Part shown: in pieces, positions 59,055 through 64,000 of the stretch
Layout of the letters: each line of letters starts with the position of its first letter
Numbering within the stretch: the stretch's first letter is position 1
DNA from: Berkelbacteria bacterium GW2011_GWE1_39_12
GTDB taxonomy: Bacteria > Patescibacteriota > UBA1384 > UBA12157
DNA: 64,000 nt
Direction of reading: 5' to 3'
Assembly (NCBI GenBank): GCA_001029735.1
Contig: CP011213.1
Span: 460,613 to 524,612 of the forward strand
The notes under the pieces: model-generated
Seen by the model: the letters and a program-made list of their open reading frames with translations, nothing else
Databases searched by the model: none
What the model was told of the DNA's origin: nothing
Program-made: the position numbers and the translations under genes

Positions 59055-59801
59055 ATGAAAAGTCTATTTAATATTCCCGGTGTCGATGAAAAAGAAATTA
59101 TACTGATGGTACGTAAGCATTGGATTACTGCCGTTTTAAGTATTGTCTATGGTTTATTTAGTTTAGTTGTATTTATTTTCTTGTTAAGATATCTGGCTCT
59201 GATCCAAGTGGGAATCTTTGCTTGGAGATTAACAATCGTGATTTTAACGATATATTTGCTTGTTACTTTATTATACATCTTCAATGATATTGTTAAATAT
59301 TATTATGATGTCTTAGTTCTAACAAAAGAAAAAATTATTAAAGTGGATCAAAAGAATCTGATATCAAGATTAATTTTTGAAATAGAATCGAAAAAAGTTT
59401 TAAACGTTAGCTCTGTCTATCCAACGTTCATTCACGCTTTATTTAAATTCGGAAATACAGTAATCGAGCTAGAGCATGAAACAATCACATTCTTTTTTGT
59501 TCCAAATCCTGTCAGGATATCGAAGGCAATTGCGGAGATCAATAAAATGAAGAAAGAATTGGGTTTAAAGCCCGGTAATAATGTTACAGAGTTTTCTACA
59601 AAGGAGGATGAAATGGTTGCCATTAGTGGATTAGAAAAAATAGATAAAAAAGATCAAGGTGAAGGAAAAACTACAGAGGATCTTTTGAAAGCCCAAACAG
59701 AGTTAGCTGCCAAAGAATTGCTAAAACAACGGTCGTCAACTAATAAAAAACCAAAATCTTGGATCGAGATCATTTTCGAAGAAATTTTTGGTCGATTTTG
59801 A
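59055..59801 (+). CDS. hypothetical membrane protein
   Basis: Two N-terminal TM helices; 248 aa. Confidence 0.35.
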   Translation: MKSLFNIPGVDEKEIILMVRKHWITAVLSIVYGLFSLVVFIFLLRYLALIQVGIFAWRLTIVILTIYLLVTLLYIFNDIVKYYYDVLVLTKEKIIKVDQKNLISRLIFEIESKKVLNVSSVYPTFIHALFKFGNTVIELEHETITFFFVPNPVRISKAIAEINKMKKELGLKPGNNVTEFSTKEDEMVAISGLEKIDKKDQGEGKTTEDLLKAQTELAAKELLKQRSSTNKKPKSWIEIIFEEIFGRF

Positions 59802-59853
59802 TTTGTTTTGTTTTCCAATGAAATGATGAGTTCAGTTTATTATTATTAAGTTA

Positions 59854-62013
59854 ATGGAAAAAATAGATCTTAAATTAGCTTTTCTTTCTACTTATCCGCC
59901 AAGCCGTTGTGGGATTGCAACGTTTGCTTCTTCACTAATAGAAAATTTAGAGCATTATTTAAATAGTCAGATAAAAATTATAGCGGTGAGTGATCTTAAA
60001 CAAGCATATCCACCTCAGGTTATCTTTGAAATTAATCAAAATCAAAAACAGTCATATTTTGAGGCTGCTAAGATGATAAATACTAGCAGTATTGAAGTCG
60101 TAATTCTCCAGCACGAATATGGTATTTTTGGTGGAGAAGATGGCGAATATATTTTAAATTTTTTAGAAAATATTAATAAGCCAATTGTGACAAGCTTACA
60201 CTCGGTACTACATGTACATAGTACTCATCGAAAATTACTAACTCAAAAGATCTTAAATCTTTCCAATTCGGTAGTCGTCATGACGAAGGCAGCAAAAAAA
60301 ATTCTATTGGAAACTATGGATATTCAGGCAGAAAAAATTTTTGTCGTGCCTCACGGAGTACCAAATGTTCGCTTTGATGAGAAAGATAAAATCAAGGATT
60401 TTTTAGGCTTAGATAATAAGAAAGTTGTGAGCACTTTTGGATTATTGAATAGAGGCAAGGGGATTGAATTGGCAATTTCTTCTGTGTCGGAATTAGTTTC
60501 AACATATCCAGATATTTTGTATTTAATTATCGGAGTAACACACCCTAAAATATTAGAAAAAGAAGGTGAGCAATATCGCAGATCATTAATGCGACAAGTT
60601 AAGGAAATGAAGTTAACAAATAATGTTCGTTTTATCGATAGCTATTTAGATTATTATGATTTAGTTTGTTATTTAAAAGCGACTGATGTTTACCTTGCTC
60701 CGCAGTTAGATTTAAATCAAGCTTTTTCAGGAACAATTTCTTATGCGCTAGGTTGTGGATGCGTTGTTGTTTCGTCACCCACATCGTATGCAAAGGAAGT
60801 GCTTTCTGATGGACGGGGAGTTATAGTTGAACCAAAAAGCGAAAAAATCAGTAACGAGCTCAAAAAAATATTCACGTCAGAGGATTCGATTAAAAAAACT
60901 GCTCTTAAAAGTTATCGATATGCTCGTTCTATGACTTGGCACCAGGTTGGTTTGAAATATTTAGATGTAATAGAGAAAAATCTTTTTATAAACAATGATG
61001 GTTGGGCACAGCGACTGCCAAATTTTAAATCGCCCCCTCCTTTAAATCACTTATTAAACAATACTACTGACTTTGGATTATATCAGCATATGATAGGAAG
61101 CACTCCAAACATCGAGTTTGGTTACAGCTTAGACGATCAAGCAAGAGCCTTAATTGCATGCCATGAATTGTCCTATAATTTTACCGATTTAAAAGTAGAA
61201 AAATATAAAAAAGTTTACTTGAGTTTTTTAGATAACGCTATTGATAACAAAGGTCGAATTCACAATTTTTTTAGTGATGCGCAAAAATATATTGATAAAA
61301 ATGCCTCTGCAGATTCAATAGCGCGAAGTTTTTGGGCATTAAGTTGTTGCAAGGAAGATAGCAGATATAAAATTAAAACAAATAAAATACTTAGTATTTA
61401 TCAGAATAAATTAAATTTTGATCATGTAAAACCTATTTCGTACTCTTTGCTCGGTTATACTAACCTAAAGAATAAAGAGATGACTATATTGCTAGCAGAC
61501 AAATTAATCGAAAGATTTAGTCAAACCAGCAATAAATCCTGGCAATGGTTCGAAGATGAGCTTACTTGGGCAAATGCAATAGTTATTTTATCTCTTTGCA
61601 AGGCTTATAAATTGACAAAAAACAGCATCTATCTGAGCACGGCATTAAAATCTTTAAAGTTTTTAGAAAAGCATTCTATTGTATCGGGATATCCTGCACC
61701 GATTGGTCAAAAAAAATGGTACAAGAGAAACAAGTGTCGAAGTTTGTTTGACCAACAGCCGATCGAAGTAGCAGATATGGTGATGCTTTATAATGAGCTC
61801 TTTTATATTACGGGTGAAAAAAAATACAAAGATAAAGCCTTCTTTTGGTTTGGTTGGTATTTTGGCAATAATATGAATAATGTATTGATCTTTGATCCGA
61901 TCACAAAAGGTGTTTGTGACGGACTTTCCAAAAACGGTGTGAATAAAAACCAAGGAGCTGAATCGATTGTAACTTATTTAATGGCTTACTCGTCATTTAA
62001 TAAGCCCATTTAA
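59854..62013 (+). CDS. glycosyltransferase family 4 domain fused to a C-terminal domain of about 330 aa of unknown function
   Basis: GT4-like Rossmann halves in the first 380 aa or so; no recognisable family for the C-terminus. Confidence 0.6.
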   Translation: MEKIDLKLAFLSTYPPSRCGIATFASSLIENLEHYLNSQIKIIAVSDLKQAYPPQVIFEINQNQKQSYFEAAKMINTSSIEVVILQHEYGIFGGEDGEYILNFLENINKPIVTSLHSVLHVHSTHRKLLTQKILNLSNSVVVMTKAAKKILLETMDIQAEKIFVVPHGVPNVRFDEKDKIKDFLGLDNKKVVSTFGLLNRGKGIELAISSVSELVSTYPDILYLIIGVTHPKILEKEGEQYRRSLMRQVKEMKLTNNVRFIDSYLDYYDLVCYLKATDVYLAPQLDLNQAFSGTISYALGCGCVVVSSPTSYAKEVLSDGRGVIVEPKSEKISNELKKIFTSEDSIKKTALKSYRYARSMTWHQVGLKYLDVIEKNLFINNDGWAQRLPNFKSPPPLNHLLNNTTDFGLYQHMIGSTPNIEFGYSLDDQARALIACHELSYNFTDLKVEKYKKVYLSFLDNAIDNKGRIHNFFSDAQKYIDKNASADSIARSFWALSCCKEDSRYKIKTNKILSIYQNKLNFDHVKPISYSLLGYTNLKNKEMTILLADKLIERFSQTSNKSWQWFEDELTWANAIVILSLCKAYKLTKNSIYLSTALKSLKFLEKHSIVSGYPAPIGQKKWYKRNKCRSLFDQQPIEVADMVMLYNELFYITGEKKYKDKAFFWFGWYFGNNMNNVLIFDPITKGVCDGLSKNGVNKNQGAESIVTYLMAYSSFNKPI

Positions 62014-62045
62014 ATATGTTAGTATATAAAAAAAAAGGAGGTTTT

Positions 62046-62795
62046 ATGGGAAAAAAATTACAAGGCCTGAAGAAGTTTAACCTTTTGATGGCTTTTCTGC
62101 ATTTCGGTCAGGGTGTGGCCATGTTGTTCTTGTCGAGTAATTTTTCACTGCCGGTGAATGCATCGTTTTTAAGTTTCGATTTTTTAACACAAAAGTTGGT
62201 TCCAGAAAACTCTGTTTTGTATGATCTCAGGATTGGCCCAGCAATCGCCGTTTTTTTATTTATTTCCGCATTAGCACATCTTTTGGTTTCGACTGTTCTT
62301 AATAAATGGTATAACGAAAATCTGGCCAAAGGAATTAATTATGCCAGGTGGATTGAATATTCTTTCTCTTCCTCTATTATGATTGTGATTATTGCGATGC
62401 TGGTGGGAGTTTATGACATTGCCGCTTTGATATTGATTTTCACACTTAACGCTATGATGATTTTGTTTGGCTGGATGATGGAACTGCACAATCAGACTAC
62501 TTCAAAAACAAACTGGACATCATTTTATTTTGGATGCATTGCCGGAATCGTTCCGTGGATTGTTATCGCCATATATCTTTTTGGCGCTCACGATAAAGCC
62601 CCTAATTTTGTTTATTGGCTCTACTTTTCCATCTTTTTATTTTTCAATTGTTTTGCAATTAACCAAATCTTGCAATACAAAAAGGTGGGTAAGTGGGCTA
62701 ATTATCTTTACGGCGAACGAGATTACATTATTTTAAGTTTGGTGGCCAAATCACTCCTTGCTTGGCAAGTTTTTGGCGGGACACTCAGGCCTTAA
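62046..62795 (+). CDS. heliorhodopsin
   Basis: Blocks match characterised heliorhodopsins: RWIEYSFSSSIMIVIIA (counterion Glu), MILFGW, FGCIAGIVPWI, QYKKVGKWANYLYGERDYIILSLVAKSLLAWQ (Schiff-base Lys in SLVAKS). Seven hydrophobic helices. Confidence 0.8.
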   Translation: MGKKLQGLKKFNLLMAFLHFGQGVAMLFLSSNFSLPVNASFLSFDFLTQKLVPENSVLYDLRIGPAIAVFLFISALAHLLVSTVLNKWYNENLAKGINYARWIEYSFSSSIMIVIIAMLVGVYDIAALILIFTLNAMMILFGWMMELHNQTTSKTNWTSFYFGCIAGIVPWIVIAIYLFGAHDKAPNFVYWLYFSIFLFFNCFAINQILQYKKVGKWANYLYGERDYIILSLVAKSLLAWQVFGGTLRP

Positions 62796-62816
62796 ATTAT
62801 CTTAAATGTGTAATAT

Positions 62817-62872
62817 GAAAAGCCGTTTTTGCACAAATGACAACGTGCTCTTGCGGCTTTTTTGCGCATAAT
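62817..62872 (+). terminator. rho-independent terminator after the heliorhodopsin gene
   Basis: AAAAGCCG ... CGGCTTTT stem followed by a T-run. Confidence 0.55.
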
Positions 62873-63053
62873 ATATACTTAAATTAAGGTTTAGATGGGT
62901 TAGTAAATCGCCAATTTTGGCGGTAGATGTATTCATTTCTATAAGGTTATATATCAAAAGGAGAGGGTTTATTTTATAGCGGCAGCTTAAAACAAACTTG
63001 TGTTCTTTTTCAGTTGCAGAAAAGTATTACAGAAATTTATGAGGTTATAAATA

Positions 63054-64000
63054 ATGTCTAAAGGAGAGGGTTTATATCCAGCGCCTACACGAAAGCGGAT
63101 CGAAGATCTCGATGCGCAAATTGCTGGTATCCAAAAAGGGACACGAGCCCTTGTTCCCGCTATAATTCCTTTACACGATATCCTAAGACAGAAATTTCGT
63201 TGGTACTACAAATGGACGGCATGGCCAGCCAGTAAGACAATTAACCTATTAGTATTATTTATATATTTAATTGGCGCCTCTTGGTTTGGTGCTCATTTTT
63301 TTATGAATTCAAAAATGGCTAAAGCGGCGACTATCACCACTTTATCTTATGCTACAGGGAATGGCTCAGGCAGTACAGTTACTAATCCGGCTGGTGCAAC
63401 AAGTGATAAAGCAACTTATCTTTCGGCGGCTACAGATTTTGAGGGTCCTAAAACGTCTGGTACAGAAATTGCCACCGCTGATTATTCTAATATTGCTTCT
63501 TCCAATGATGTTAGATATACGACAACTATTGCCCCGATCCTCGGGAAAGCTCCATATCAAATCTTTCGCTTTTACATAGATCCCGCTGTGATCAATAAAA
63601 CTGCTATTACCAGGTTCGTATTCACTCATGAGGGTTATAGTACCAGAGCCACATATCATAGCCGCACTATTACTGTCTTTGGCGGCGTAGCGACCGTGAA
63701 TGAAACAACTAATGTTACCGATACTAATTTAGCCTTATCTTTCGATACAACCTCTCTCAATATAAGTAACTACGTTGATAGTTCGAATTATGTTTATTTT
63801 ATGGTAAAGGGTATTGTTGCTACGCCTGCTGTTGCCTCTACTCTTAATACTGACTATGTGAAGCTTGACGTTACTACAATTGTTCCACCTTCCGCGCCAA
63901 CTATTACTGCTCCAAATGGTGGCGAATCATGGGAACCTGGTAGTATCAATAATGTTATTTGGGATACTGCCGGATCAGGCTTAAAGTACCAAGTTGAAGC
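63054..64000 (+). CDS. large secreted/surface protein, 3'-truncated at the window edge (not in the ORF track)
   Basis: Open frame from ATG 63054 to the window end; N-terminal signal-anchor LLVLFIYLIGASWFGAHFF, then Thr/Ser/Asn-rich extracellular region. Confidence 0.45.
   Translation, partial: MSKGEGLYPAPTRKRIEDLDAQIAGIQKGTRALVPAIIPLHDILRQKFRWYYKWTAWPASKTINLLVLFIYLIGASWFGAHFFMNSKMAKAATITTLSYATGNGSGSTVTNPAGATSDKATYLSAATDFEGPKTSGTEIATADYSNIASSNDVRYTTTIAPILGKAPYQIFRFYIDPAVINKTAITRFVFTHEGYSTRATYHSRTITVFGGVATVNETTNVTDTNLALSFDTTSLNISNYVDSSNYVYFMVKGIVATPAVASTLNTDYVKLDVTTIVPPSAPTITAPNGGESWEPGSINNVIWDTAGSGLKYQVE

Overview
This 64 kb window looks like a low-GC, small-genome bacterium, probably from the Candidate Phyla Radiation (Patescibacteria); the lineage call is inference. 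The reasons are tightly packed short genes, a full type IV pilus locus, sortase/LPXTG surface proteins, many stand-alone receiver proteins and no biosynthetic operons. Housekeeping content includes nrnA (partial), rpsO-pnp, a family-4 uracil-DNA glycosylase, RNase J, ftsK, recA-recX, PEP synthase, tRNA-Ser, dnaG-rpoD and pterin dehydratase. Other content is a signalling cluster of two soluble histidine kinases and four CheY-like receivers, placed directly upstream of a type IV pilus locus. That locus holds a pilin, pilB, pilC, several pseudopilins including a 660-aa giant pilin, a pilM-N fusion and a pilO-like gene. There is a MacB-type ABC exporter and an accessory stretch at 45.7-64 kb. The accessory stretch carries GNAT, a nucleotidyltransferase, RidA, an MFS transporter, two sortase-LPXTG pairs, a CAP-domain protein, a GT4-fusion glycosyltransferase, a clear heliorhodopsin gene and the start of a large surface protein. 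The most notable item is a tRNA (most likely Asn-GUU) split by a 568-nt group I intron that encodes an HNH homing endonuclease. A conserved structured leader of about 105 nt occurs three times, immediately 5' of ftsK, the GAF-PAS kinase and pilM. A 30-nt CCAAGC-hairpin/TTGTCGCGGAATTT box occurs four times next to duplicated RBS-ATG segments. Several intergenic repeat families are present: 84-bp direct repeats, 33-bp direct repeats around a GIY-YIG gene, GTCATTGCGAG hairpins, a 33-bp tandem array, and 107/109-bp direct repeats that start at the tRNA 3' end. A cluster of DnaA boxes lies upstream of dnaG. No rRNA or CRISPR array was seen.
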